Shown: in pieces, positions 19,765-29,611 of the stretch
Layout: each line of letters starts with the position of its first letter
Numbering within the stretch: position 1 is the stretch's first letter
Notes under the pieces: generated by a model
Database searches by the model: none
What the model was told of the DNA's origin: nothing
The model's input: the letters and a program-made list of their open reading frames with translations, nothing else
Made by a program: the position numbers and the translations under genes
Source of the DNA: Candidatus Poribacteria bacterium
GTDB lineage: Bacteria > Poribacteria > WGA-4E > PCPOR2b
Assembly (NCBI GenBank): GCA_965215015.1
Contig: OZ244042.1
Span: 4,928,001-4,992,000 of the forward strand
DNA: 64,000 nucleotides
Direction of reading: 5' to 3'

Positions 19765-20715
19765 TCATCGGATGCCATATTTTTTTAACCGGCGGGATAA
19801 AGCATGTCGGCTCAATCCAAGTTGCTGGGCGGTTTTAGTAATGTTACCTTGATTCGCCGCCAAGGCGCGACGAATCTGCTCCTGCTCGGCAAGCATTTCC
19901 TCGACCGGGGCTGGTAACGGCCTCGCTGTGCCAATCCCTGTTCGTGAAAAAGAAAACATCTCAACGTCAGGAAAGTGAAAATGGAGGTGTTTGGGTTGAA
20001 TCGCCCCCCCTTCACTTACAATAAACGCATGCTCAATCATGTTCCTCAATTCACGCACATTGCCCGGGAAGGCGTATTCCTTCAAAGCCTCGGCAGCTTT
20101 AGGAGTCAATGGCGGGGTTGATACTCCCATTTGAGTCGCAACCGCACTCAGTTGGTATTTAGCAAGGAGCAGAATATCCTCTTTCCTTTCGCGTAGGGGT
20201 GCAATCTCAATCAAAATTCCAGCCAAGCGAAAGTAGAGGTCTGCCCGAAATAGTCCTGCCTCGACCTTAGCCTTGAGGTCCGCATTGGTGGCCGCTATTG
20301 TCCGAATATCTACCTTTTTACTCTGCGTTGCACCGATTGGTGTGATGACACTATTGTTCAGTGCCCGTAGGAGTTTAACCTGGGTTTCGATTGGCATGTC
20401 ACCGACCTCGTCGAGAAAGAGTGTCCCCTTGTCAGCACGTTCAAAGCAGCCTATCTGATCCGCTATTGCTCCAGTGAATGCACCACGGACATGGCCGAAG
20501 AAGATGGACTCTGCCAGTTCAAAAGGAATCGCACCACAATTGACGTCCACAAATGGTGCCGATGCCCGGGGCCCTCTAGCACGAATGGATCGGGCAACCA
20601 GTTCTTTACCGACGCCGGTTTCCCCGGTAATTAAAACCGAAGTACTGTCGTTGTTGCGGAGTTGGCGAATGGTTGTCTGAATGGCTCGCATAGTATCACT
20701 GTCACCAAGTAACAT
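19765..20715 (-). CDS. sigma54-dependent enhancer-binding protein lacking an N-terminal sensor domain
   Basis: Walker A GETGVGKE, GAFTGA, Walker B LFLDEV, 'FRADLYFRL', 'FPGNVREL', Fis-type HTH. The AAA+ domain starts at the N-terminus. Confidence 0.9.
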   Translation of the reverse strand: MLLGDSDTMRAIQTTIRQLRNNDSTSVLITGETGVGKELVARSIRARGPRASAPFVDVNCGAIPFELAESIFFGHVRGAFTGAIADQIGCFERADKGTLFLDEVGDMPIETQVKLLRALNNSVITPIGATQSKKVDIRTIAATNADLKAKVEAGLFRADLYFRLAGILIEIAPLRERKEDILLLAKYQLSAVATQMGVSTPPLTPKAAEALKEYAFPGNVRELRNMIEHAFIVSEGGAIQPKHLHFHFPDVEMFSFSRTGIGTARPLPAPVEEMLAEQEQIRRALAANQGNITKTAQQLGLSRHALSRRLKKYGIR

Positions 20716-21214
20716 AAAATAATCTCACTTTCTATTTTATTGAAAACCAGTTCTATATCCTAAAAGGGTACAAGAAAAGGTAGTCACCTTGCAAGTCAAA
20801 ATTCGCCCGCAAGTGTGCTACCAATACGAAAACAACTTGAATCATGTTAAGAAATCGTGCAATGGTACGTAGGTTGGATTGAATGGAAATCCATGGAAAA
20901 TTACACGCAGAAAAGGCACTTTGGAAGATTCATATCATTGGTTCAGTATGGACGTCTCCGATGATTAAACCTAAACATTAACTTTTGGATAGTAGCTTTC
21001 TTAACTGGTAGGAGTTACGCCCTTGAGTTGGTAGTCGCGCAATTCAACCCGCGTCTTTAAGGGAGTCGGCATACGCCGTATGCCGTAAGCCCCCTTCCCC
21101 CCTCCGCTTGTAAATTCCCCCCGCTTGCGGGGGGCTAGGGGGGTTCTTTCTTAGAGGGCAGAGCGTGCCTACTACTGTAGAATGAACTCGGTGTATCGAC
21201 ACACGCCAAGAAGC

Positions 21215-21997
21215 CTACCGGCGATGTGCAATTTCGATGAGCGTATCACCGACAATTTTGTAGCGGTGAGAATCTAGACGCTCAACATCCGCCCGTTTGG
21301 ATTTCGCATCAACCGCTTTTTCTTCCCACATCTCTGTGATAAATTCGTACGGTGGATCGATAGTAAACGGTTCGATTTTCCCAATTTTTTCCATCGCCAT
21401 CCGACCACCTACCTGCAAGAGTTTTCTGGCTTTCACGGGCGCCAGCGACAACGCACTGGTCTGCGAGAGCCCCTTCTTCGTCGTGACCGACACGATGTTC
21501 GGCACGTACCGTTGAGTCTCAGCAATTGCGGTATCGTCCCCACTGATGAATACCGTTGGGATACCGAATGAGCCTGCGACTGCGGCGTTAAACCCAATTT
21601 CCCCTACCAACTCCCCATTAAGCCAGCAGTTGGCAATTGTGCGCGAGCTCCAGCTATGACAGAGGACCCCGCGTTCCGTGTTGCCCATCGAATGATGTCC
21701 GTAAAGAAAAAACGCGTCAAACGACCCATTCAACCCCCAAGGTGCTGAAATTGGACGGCCAATGATCATCTGTACCTCCGGGTGCATCAGTTCATAGTCA
21801 ATTCCCCCAGGCCCATGACCGTCTAAGAACCAGACCTCCTGCGCCCCACCCTCCAATACACCATCAACGAGCGCATTCACCTCCAATGTTGAGAGCCGTT
21901 TCGCTTGCTCATAGTACTTTGCATCGCTATAGGTCTGCTGGTGAAAGTCAACGACACCGGCAGCACCTTCCAAGTCACCGAGTATAAATATTCGCAT
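21215..21997 (-). CDS. dppA: M55-family D-aminopeptidase (DppA-like)
   Basis: 'DLEG', 'DGHG', 'GHHS...LCHSWSS', 'GEIGFNA', 'SGDD' motifs. Confidence 0.85.
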   Translation of the reverse strand: MRIFILGDLEGAAGVVDFHQQTYSDAKYYEQAKRLSTLEVNALVDGVLEGGAQEVWFLDGHGPGGIDYELMHPEVQMIIGRPISAPWGLNGSFDAFFLYGHHSMGNTERGVLCHSWSSRTIANCWLNGELVGEIGFNAAVAGSFGIPTVFISGDDTAIAETQRYVPNIVSVTTKKGLSQTSALSLAPVKARKLLQVGGRMAMEKIGKIEPFTIDPPYEFITEMWEEKAVDAKSKRADVERLDSHRYKIVGDTLIEIAHRR

Positions 21998-22220
21998 GTC
22001 CCCCTCCTTTTAATCCCAAAAATTCCTTGACAACTGACTGTATCTGTTTCATAATAGATTTGTGACGCAATCGTGCAACAGGAACCGATTTTTCAAGAAA
22101 AAACTCGGGGTCTCTTCGTATTTTGCACTCTCTTTTTACATGAGCCACTTGTAAAATGCCTACAAAGAGAGTTGGGCGATTACAGGCCCGTAAGGCGTTG
22201 TGGTAAATTTACAATTGGCT

Positions 22221-22248
22221 ATTATACCCTTGTGCGTTGATTTGTCAA
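22221..22248 (-). promoter_or_regulatory. sigma70-like promoter
   Basis: TTGACA-N16-TATAAT on the minus strand, facing the dppA-like gene. Confidence 0.55.
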
Positions 22249-22263
22249 TCTTTTTGCTGGACC

Positions 22264-22390
22264 TAGGACTTACGCAGTTGAATGCGTAAAGCCAATTCCC
22301 GATACGTTATCGGGGCGGGAAAAACCAAACCTCCTCTAACTCCCCGCCAGGGGGGGAGAACTATACGAACGCCCGACTACGTAACTCCTA
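22264..22390. mobile_element. IS701-like MITE
   Basis: Ends TAGGACTTACGCA and CGTAACTCCTA, like the termini of the IS701 remnant at 42228-42814. Confidence 0.6.
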
Positions 22391-22448
22391 TGGACCTTAA
22401 AAGAGCTATTCTGAACCGATTTGCAGATTGTATTATGGAGGCTAGATT

Positions 22449-23240
22449 ATGGGTTTCAAACTTGGTTATAGCACGTTACGTTGGCAGACACCTGACCTCG
22501 AACCGCTTCTGGTAGAACTCAAGGAGGCCGGATGGGATGGATGGGAGATGCGCCAATCCTTCGATTGGGTGGGAACCCCAAAGCGGGTCCGACAGATTTG
22601 CGATAATGTCGGTATGCCTGTCGTCGTTGTCACCGCACGAGGCCTCCCGATTGATAAGGATTGGGAGCAGATGGAGATGAACAAACGGCGGATGGACTTC
22701 GCCGCCGAAGTCGGTGCAGACTGTTTCATGTTCATGGGAGCGGGCAAACCGCAAGACCGTCCTGTCAATGACGACGACATCGCCGCACTGGCAGATGTTT
22801 CGGAGGAATGGGCGGAATACGCCGATCAGTACCATCTGGAGATATGCTACCACATTCATACTAACACAACGATTGACTCGATTGCGGACTGGGCGAAGTA
22901 TATGAGTCTGCTCAGAAAGTGCAAGCTGTGCATTGACGTTTCGCACTCAGCGTTGTGGGGGTATGACCCTGTCGAATCGATAAAACGCTACAAAGATCAG
23001 TTAATCTACGTTCATCTACAAGACTACGCGAACTACTCCGGCGGCGACGGCGAGTCCTATGACGTCAATTGGGTTGATGTCGGTAGTGGAACGGTGATGG
23101 ACTTTCCAAAAATTATGAAAACCTTGGAAGAGATTGGATATGATCGCTGGGTAACAGCCTGCCCCGGTCAAATCGAGGATAGATCGGATCAAGATCGGAT
23201 GAGAGTAAACCGGGAATATCTCCAGCAGTTGGGGTATTAA
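22449..23240 (+). CDS. Sugar phosphate isomerase/epimerase (xylose isomerase-like TIM barrel, IolE-like)
   Basis: 'YHIH', 'IDVSH', 'YVHLQD', 'G.G.MDF' motifs. Confidence 0.8.
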   Translation: MGFKLGYSTLRWQTPDLEPLLVELKEAGWDGWEMRQSFDWVGTPKRVRQICDNVGMPVVVVTARGLPIDKDWEQMEMNKRRMDFAAEVGADCFMFMGAGKPQDRPVNDDDIAALADVSEEWAEYADQYHLEICYHIHTNTTIDSIADWAKYMSLLRKCKLCIDVSHSALWGYDPVESIKRYKDQLIYVHLQDYANYSGGDGESYDVNWVDVGSGTVMDFPKIMKTLEEIGYDRWVTACPGQIEDRSDQDRMRVNREYLQQLGY

Positions 23241-23246
23241 GCATAA

Positions 23247-23631
23247 GCCTCATGTTCAAAGAAAGTGCCCCTTCGTACCCCCCAAGCCCCCCTGCAAGCG
23301 GAAGGAGGGAGCACAACCGGGGGAGAAGTCAGCTTAATTAGGTTCGTAGTAGCGCGATTCATTGCGCGTCAGGGAGCACAACCGGGGGAGCGGCAATCTT
23401 AATTGGGTTCGTAGTAGCGCAATTCATTGCGCGTCAGGGAGCACAACCGGGGGAGAGACACCCTTAATTAGGTTCGTAGTAGCGCAATTCATTGCGCGTC
23501 AGGGAGGGCAAACAAGGGAGAAGTCAGCTTAATTAGGTTCGTAGTAGCGCAATTTATTGCGCGTCAGGGAGCACAACCAAGGGAGAGGCAAGGCCCTATG
23601 GCTGCTGTCGCACTCATTCTTTCCATGAGCG
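23247..23631. mobile_element. MITE-like element with four tandem 65-bp REP units
   Basis: Units start at 23333, 23398, 23463 and 23528. Ends GCCTCATGTTCAAAGAAAGTGC and GCACTCATTCTTTCCATGAGCG. Confidence 0.8.
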
Positions 23632-23733
23632 ATCAGGGATTGATGCCAGCCAGTCTCCGGTAAAATTCAACCTGCTTCTTCGTTATGCCTAGACCTAGGC
23701 ATCTCCTCCAATACTACCCAGAGGTGAGAAACC

Positions 23734-25221
23734 GTGTCACTAGTTATGGGAATTGACCTCGGCACCTCAAGTGCTAAAACGGTTTTGATGGATGAAACAG
23801 GCAGTGTTGTGTCTATGGCGAGCGCAGACTACCCGTTGTTGACGCCACACCCCGGTTGGGCGGAGCAAAATCCCGATGATTGGTGGAACGCATTGTGCCA
23901 CACAAGCCGTCAAGTGATTGGAGGACTCAAGACACACCATCCCGCTTATTCAATCCACGACATAACAGGTGTATCGCTTTCGGGGCAGATGAACAGTGCG
24001 ATTCTCGTGGATGCCCAAGGCAATCCAATTCGTCGTGCGATTGCTTGGCTGGATGGACGTTCAAAGCGGGAGTGCGACGAAGCCAATCAACGGGCAGGCG
24101 CCCTGTTTCGCAACCGGGTGCTGCAAGTGCTTAACCCCGTCAACACCTTGGGAAAAATTCTCTGGCTACGCGAGAACGAGCCGGCCCTTTATAACGATGC
24201 CTGCTATGCCCTTATTCAGAAAGATTGGATACGATTTCGACTGACCGGCAGCTTTGCATCGGATGTTTCAGATGCCTCAGTATCGGCGGCTGGGGACATC
24301 TACACGCGGGATTGGTGCGATGAACTTTTAGATGTACTAAAAGTTCGTCGCGATCTTTTTCCACCCGTTGTTGAATCCACTAGGGTAGTTGGCAAAATCA
24401 CAGCAGCGGCATCAGAAGAAACGGGCCTGGCAGCAGGTACGCCCGTATGTGCCGGCGCGGGTGATATGGCGTGTATGGCAGTGGGCGGCGGTGTCATCAA
24501 ACCGGGAGTCGTCAACGTCGGAATCGGTACGGCAGGTCACGCCTTGGCTTTTGCCGAGACCATCAGCGATGCAGGGTATAATCAGCTCTGGCCCATCTGT
24601 CACGCAGTGCCCGGAAAATACTTTTGGCTCGGCTGCACATACACCGGCGGGCGGAGCTTGGCATGGGTGCGTGACCAATTTGGCGGACGTTTCGAGGACT
24701 TGACAACACAGGCTGAAAGCGTACCCGTAGGCAGTGACGGACTATTTTTTATGCCTTGGTTTCAGGGAGCCGCGACGCCAAATCCCGATCCCCACGCCCG
24801 GGCCGGCTGGATCGGCTTGACGTTGCATCACACAAAGGGACATATAATCCGATCGGTAATGGAAGGGGTCGCCTTTGATCTACGACACTCGCTCAAATGC
24901 TTCAAACGGTTGGGTTCCCCAATTGACGAACTCCGCATCGGCGAAGGCGGGACGAAATCCGCACTCTGGAGTGCAATTCAAGCTGATATTTTCGGTCAAG
25001 ACGTGCGGATAATGGAAACGCGTGAGATTTCCGCTATCGGTGCGGCAATAATTGCAGGGATTGGCGTTGGCATGTTTTCCGACTTTGAGACCGCCTGTGA
25101 AAAGGCGATTGTATTGGGCGAGAGGGTCAAGTGTAATCCCGATCGGGTCCAACAATATGAGATCGGCTATCGGCGATACTGTGAATTGTATCCGAGACTC
25201 AAAGATTGGTTTCGCCAGTAA
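23734..25221 (+). CDS. xylB: FGGY-family carbohydrate kinase (xylulokinase-like)
   Basis: 'GIDLGTSSAK', 'GWAEQNPDDWW', 'SGQM', 'AGAGD', 'RSVMEGVAF'. Substrate uncertain. Confidence 0.8.
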   Translation: MSLVMGIDLGTSSAKTVLMDETGSVVSMASADYPLLTPHPGWAEQNPDDWWNALCHTSRQVIGGLKTHHPAYSIHDITGVSLSGQMNSAILVDAQGNPIRRAIAWLDGRSKRECDEANQRAGALFRNRVLQVLNPVNTLGKILWLRENEPALYNDACYALIQKDWIRFRLTGSFASDVSDASVSAAGDIYTRDWCDELLDVLKVRRDLFPPVVESTRVVGKITAAASEETGLAAGTPVCAGAGDMACMAVGGGVIKPGVVNVGIGTAGHALAFAETISDAGYNQLWPICHAVPGKYFWLGCTYTGGRSLAWVRDQFGGRFEDLTTQAESVPVGSDGLFFMPWFQGAATPNPDPHARAGWIGLTLHHTKGHIIRSVMEGVAFDLRHSLKCFKRLGSPIDELRIGEGGTKSALWSAIQADIFGQDVRIMETREISAIGAAIIAGIGVGMFSDFETACEKAIVLGERVKCNPDRVQQYEIGYRRYCELYPRLKDWFRQ

Positions 25222-25368
25222 CAATCCTTCAAGGAGTGCTCAGACCCTTTAGGGTTCCGATGCAGGAATATGATGAGGGCTAGGATTTTCCAATTCTGAC
25301 CAAGCAGAAAACAATCTCTAAGTGGATTAAACAGCAAATCAATAAACCATGAGAGGAGAGATAACGCG

Positions 25369-26370
25369 ATGAAGATTACCCAGATCGAAGCGATACCGGT
25401 CAAGGTTCCATATCATGAGGGCATCAACGAAATGATGGTCGAGCGGAGCCTGTACCAAGGGAACACCGTCTATAAGGTCCACACTGACGCGGGAATCGTG
25501 GGCATCGGTGAAGCGGAAGGGCAGCCTAACGAGGAACTCCAACAGTACATCGGCAGGGACCCATTTGAATTCACAAATGGACTGATGCCAACACCGTTGC
25601 AGCAGGCGGCCTACGACATCATGGGAAAAGCACTCGGCGTACCGACCTATCAACTGATTGGCGAAAAGGTTCAGGATAAGGTGGCAATTGGATACTGGTC
25701 GATCGATATGCCGCCCGCAGAGTGGGCGGAGGAAGCCAAGCGCGCCTATTCACTCGGATACCGACTTCACAAAATTAAAGCGCGTCCATGGCATGATATC
25801 ATCGAGCAGGTCCAAGCAATCTCTGAAGTGGTTCCGTCCGATTACAAGCTCCGAGTTGACCCCAACGACTCATTTGAGACGCCTGCCAGGTCTATTGAGG
25901 TGGCGAAGCAGCTTCGAGACTACAATATTGAGGCGTTTGAAACGCCGATTCCCCAAAGCAATATCGACGGATACTTGGAAATTCGACGCGGCTGTGATAT
26001 GCCAATTACGATACACTTCGGCAACCCTGACCCCGTCGAAGCGATCAAGGCGGGCATGAACGACTCCTTCATCATTGCCTACCCGGACTCACGCGCTGCA
26101 AACGCCAAGCGTGAAGCCGCTATTTCTGAGTCTGCACATTTGCCGCTCTGGATTCAGATTGTCGGGATGGGAATAACAACCACCTATCTGATCCATCTCG
26201 CTGCTACTATGCCTAACGCCACCATGCCATCGATTACGCTGAATTGTCTGCGGGCGTTTGACCTCGTCACGCCGGCAGTCCAGATGGAAGATGGTTACGC
26301 AACCGTACCCGATACGCCGGGGTTGGGAATTGAACTCGATGAGGACCTTCTAGATAACTGTCGTGTGTAA
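25369..26370 (+). CDS. Mandelate racemase/muconate lactonizing enzyme family protein
   Basis: 'G.VG.GE', 'AYDIMGKALGVP', KIK motif, 'RVDPN', 'ETP', 'PGLGIELD'. Confidence 0.85.
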   Translation: MKITQIEAIPVKVPYHEGINEMMVERSLYQGNTVYKVHTDAGIVGIGEAEGQPNEELQQYIGRDPFEFTNGLMPTPLQQAAYDIMGKALGVPTYQLIGEKVQDKVAIGYWSIDMPPAEWAEEAKRAYSLGYRLHKIKARPWHDIIEQVQAISEVVPSDYKLRVDPNDSFETPARSIEVAKQLRDYNIEAFETPIPQSNIDGYLEIRRGCDMPITIHFGNPDPVEAIKAGMNDSFIIAYPDSRAANAKREAAISESAHLPLWIQIVGMGITTTYLIHLAATMPNATMPSITLNCLRAFDLVTPAVQMEDGYATVPDTPGLGIELDEDLLDNCRV

Positions 26371-26721
26371 ATTGTTATCGCAATGAGTAAATACGGGCTT
26401 TTCTCTAAATTTAACACAAAGCCGCGTCCCTTTACCCCCTCAATCCCGAATACCCACACGGTTCTTTTCGCCCTGCTTGCGCTCTTTCCCCTCCGCTTGC
26501 GGGGGGGGTTAGGGGGGGTAGGGGGTTAGCGTTTATAAGCCAGTAACTACTTAGCCCCATTTTTATATCGTATCTTAATAACACCTCATATTAGGAAATC
26601 GTTCAACAGAACCCGAGTTTTTGGCGAAAATTCGGGTTCTCTTTGCGTTTTACACTTTCTTTTTGATAAGCCTCATGGATTGGGGCTCCTAGCCCGACTG
26701 TGTCAATGAACAAATGAACCC

Positions 26722-27249
26722 ATGAACAAATGGTTTTCACGTTTCACATGGCCCGCATCACTTATCCTCAGTCTGCTACTCCTTAGCTGTGGCGGAGGGG
26801 TTAAACTGATTAATTTTCCCCAAAGCAGCATCGCACTTAACCTGTCGAAAGAACAACAGGAGAGCGTTGAGCCCAAGATTGCGCTCATCCGCGACATCAT
26901 TGAGGATTACGAGTTTGAACGAGATGAAGTGGAGGCTCAATATCGCAGTTACTACAGTCGGGCCAGCTTGCCTCGGATGAGCCGATATGAGACCGGGCGT
27001 ATAGACAGGGGTGCCCGGCTTGAATGGCATGAACTGAGAATGAAACTCAGAAGTTTTGTCGCGCAACGTCGGCAATATGCCAAAGAAATATCTGGCCTCA
27101 TTAATGAAATCAAAACCGATCTGACCCCTGACCAGCGTGTCGCGTTTGGAAATATAGAACTGCCGGAGCTCCGACTACCGGAGGTGCTCAGAAGGCGTTC
27201 CCATGATGACTTTGGAATGCGATTGAGAGGAATGCCATTCAACTTCTGA
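26722..27249 (+). CDS. Hypothetical helical lipoprotein (Spy/CpxP-like 'LTPDQR' motif)
   Basis: Lipobox 'LLSC', 'LSKEQ' and 'LTPDQR' motifs. Confidence 0.65.
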   Translation: MNKWFSRFTWPASLILSLLLLSCGGGVKLINFPQSSIALNLSKEQQESVEPKIALIRDIIEDYEFERDEVEAQYRSYYSRASLPRMSRYETGRIDRGARLEWHELRMKLRSFVAQRRQYAKEISGLINEIKTDLTPDQRVAFGNIELPELRLPEVLRRRSHDDFGMRLRGMPFNF

Positions 27250-27285
27250 AGCCTTGCTTAACTTAAAAAGGAGACGTTTCAAACA

Positions 27286-28131
27286 ATGAAACTTTCACTC
27301 TCGGTCCGGGTAGCAGAAGCTCCCGGCTCTAAAGAAGAGACCATCCGATCCTTTGATGAAATTGCCGCGCTCGCCGATCAACTCGGCTATCACGCTGTCT
27401 GCATGAGAGCATCGCAGGCGGGGATACAGACACCACTCCAGCAAATCACCGCTATCCGCCAGAAAACCCGCCAGCTTAACCTCGCCGTGTCGATGGTCAC
27501 GGGAGATTTCCCGATCCCAATCAACAACGACCAAGGGCCCGATGCCCTACGGAACATCACGCCTTATTTGGATCTGACCGATTTATTGGGTGCCAATCTG
27601 ATTCGGATTGCAATGAAAAAAGAGGAGGACATCATTTGGGCGAAGCGAGCGGCCGACGAAGCTCGCGAACGAGGCATCCGACTCGCACATCAGTCACATA
27701 CGCGCAGCCTGTTTGAAACGATAGATGGCTCAATCGATATCCTCAAGCGGGTGGGAAGACAAAACTTCGGCATCATCTACGAGCCAGCGAATCTAGACCT
27801 CTGTGGACAGGATTACGGACCCGACACGCTCAAGCGTTTTTCACCTTACCTGTTTAACGTTTACCTCCAAAACCATATCCGGTGTCCCGATGGAAAGACA
27901 CATCTCGAGACGTGGATTCGCGGGGATGTCCCTCACGATCCGATTCGTTTGCAGGATGAGGGTGGAATTGACTTTTCAAATGTGTTTGAAGGGTTGGGGG
28001 AAATTGGCTACAACGGTTATGTGACAGTGCATCAGGCATTCACCGAAATCATGGAGCCAGAGGATGCCGCGCAGCAGAGCTATGACTATTTGACCCAGCT
28101 AGCAGCTTTTGAGACGAGGACGGTAGGTTAA
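27286..28131 (+). CDS. Sugar phosphate isomerase/epimerase family protein
   Basis: SD AAGGAG, TIM-barrel features, C-terminal 'GGIDF..V..GL..IGYNGYVTV'. Confidence 0.75.
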   Translation: MKLSLSVRVAEAPGSKEETIRSFDEIAALADQLGYHAVCMRASQAGIQTPLQQITAIRQKTRQLNLAVSMVTGDFPIPINNDQGPDALRNITPYLDLTDLLGANLIRIAMKKEEDIIWAKRAADEARERGIRLAHQSHTRSLFETIDGSIDILKRVGRQNFGIIYEPANLDLCGQDYGPDTLKRFSPYLFNVYLQNHIRCPDGKTHLETWIRGDVPHDPIRLQDEGGIDFSNVFEGLGEIGYNGYVTVHQAFTEIMEPEDAAQQSYDYLTQLAAFETRTVG

Positions 28132-28137
28132 AACTAC

Positions 28138-28680
28138 GGCTCATATTAAAAGAAAGTGCAAAGCACGAAGAGAAGTGCCCCTTCGTACCCCCCAAGGCCC
28201 CCTAACCCCCCGCAAGCGAGGAGAGGGATGGCAACCAGGGGAGCGGCAATCTTAATTGGGTTTGTAGTAGCGCAATTCATCGCGCGTGAGAGAGGGCAAC
28301 CAGGGGAGAGCCACCCTTAATTGGGTTTGTAGTAGCGCAATTTATTGCGCGTCAGGGAGGACAACCGGGGGAGCGGCAATCTTAATTATGTTCGTAGTAG
28401 CGCAATTCATGGCGCGTCAGGAATGACAACCAGGGGAGAGACAATCTTAATTAAGTTTGTAGTAGTGCAATTCATGGCGCGTCAGGGAGGACAACCGGGG
28501 GAGCGACAAGCTTAATTGGGTTTGTAGTAGCGCAATTCATGGCGCGTCAGGGATGACAACCAGGGGAGAGACAATCTTAATTAAGTTTGTAGTAGTGCAA
28601 TTCATGGCGCGTCAGGAATGACAACCAGGGGAAGAGGCAAGGCCCTATGGCCTCTGTTACACCCATTCTTTATATGGGCG
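28138..28680. mobile_element. MITE-like element with six tandem 65-bp REP units
   Basis: Units start at 28251, 28316, 28381, 28446, 28511 and 28576. Left end GGCTCATATTAAAAGAAAGTGCA. Confidence 0.8.
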
Positions 28681-28955
28681 AAAACTATTCTCTTTTTCTT
28701 TTTTTTAGGAGTTACGTATTTCAGTTGGGAACACCGATTGGTGTTCCCAACGGGATCCTTGATGGTGCACCCGCTGTAGCTGCCCGATTCAGCCGGCATT
28801 GGAAATTGTGCTCTGCGGCGATAAATCACCGAACTACAGCGGTTTGAATGAACCCATAAACAAATGGTTTTCACGCTTCACACCTGGTCTTTGACCGGAA
28901 AATGTATCAACAGTTGTAAACTCGTACCATTGGTTTTGTAGATTGGAGTGAATAT

Positions 28956-29471
28956 ATGACCGATTTTTCCAAATTTATTCGACATATTCCCGATTTTCCA
29001 CAGCCGGGCATCGTTTTCAAAGATATTACTCCGCTGCTCCAAGATCCACACGCCTTCCGCAATGTGGTGAATACGATGGCGGTCTACTACGAACAGAAAA
29101 ATGTTGATGTGATAGTCGGAATTGATGCACGCGGCTTTATCTTCGGGAGTGCACTTGCCTATCGTTTAGGCGTTAGCTTTGTTCCTATTCGCAAGAGCGG
29201 CAAACTCCCCTACCGTACACATGAAGCCAGTTATGAACTGGAGTATGGGACAGATACCCTCGCAATCCATCAGGATGCCTGTACTCCGGGAAGCCGTGTC
29301 CTCATCTGCGATGACGTGATTGCAACAGGGGGTACAGTTGCTGCTTCGATTAACCTCGTTGAGAAACTTGGCAGTGAAGTCGCCGGAATTGCAGTCCTTA
29401 TCGAACTTACTTTCCTCAATGGACGCGAAAAATTTCCGGATCACGATATTTTTTCTCTAATTGAATTTTGA
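28956..29471 (+). CDS. apt: Adenine phosphoribosyltransferase
   Basis: 'IPDFPQPGIVFKDITPLL', 'DARGF', 'RKSGKLP', 'YELEYG', 'DDVIATGGT'. Confidence 0.97.
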   Translation: MTDFSKFIRHIPDFPQPGIVFKDITPLLQDPHAFRNVVNTMAVYYEQKNVDVIVGIDARGFIFGSALAYRLGVSFVPIRKSGKLPYRTHEASYELEYGTDTLAIHQDACTPGSRVLICDDVIATGGTVAASINLVEKLGSEVAGIAVLIELTFLNGREKFPDHDIFSLIEF

Positions 29472-29489
29472 CCCTCGATATGCTATACT
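29461..29489 (+). promoter_or_regulatory. sigma70-like promoter for tRNA-Arg/secDF
   Basis: TTGAAT-N17-TATACT with TGn extension. Confidence 0.55.
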
Positions 29490-29512
29490 ATTCAATTGTT
29501 GTTAGTCGAGCT

Positions 29513-29588
29513 GCGCCTGTAGCTCAGGGGATAGAGCAGGGGCTTCCTAAGCCTCGTGTCGGGGGTTCAAATCCTCCCAGGCGCACCA
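29513..29588 (+). tRNA. tRNA-Arg(CCT)
   Basis: Acceptor stem GCGCCTG/CAGGCGC, anticodon arm GGGGC-TTCCTAA-GCCTC, T loop GTTCAAATC, 3' ACCA; 76 nt. Confidence 0.95.
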
Positions 29589-29611
29589 TTTTTTACCTCT
29601 AGGAGAAATGA

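Noticed and set aside
23333-23592. CRISPR array (also 28251-28640)
   Set aside because: Units are similar along almost all 65 bp, with no unique 25-45 nt spacers and no cas genes.
29513-29588. Genomic island integrated at tRNA-Arg
   Set aside because: No integrase or duplicated tRNA 3' end seen; secDF follows directly.
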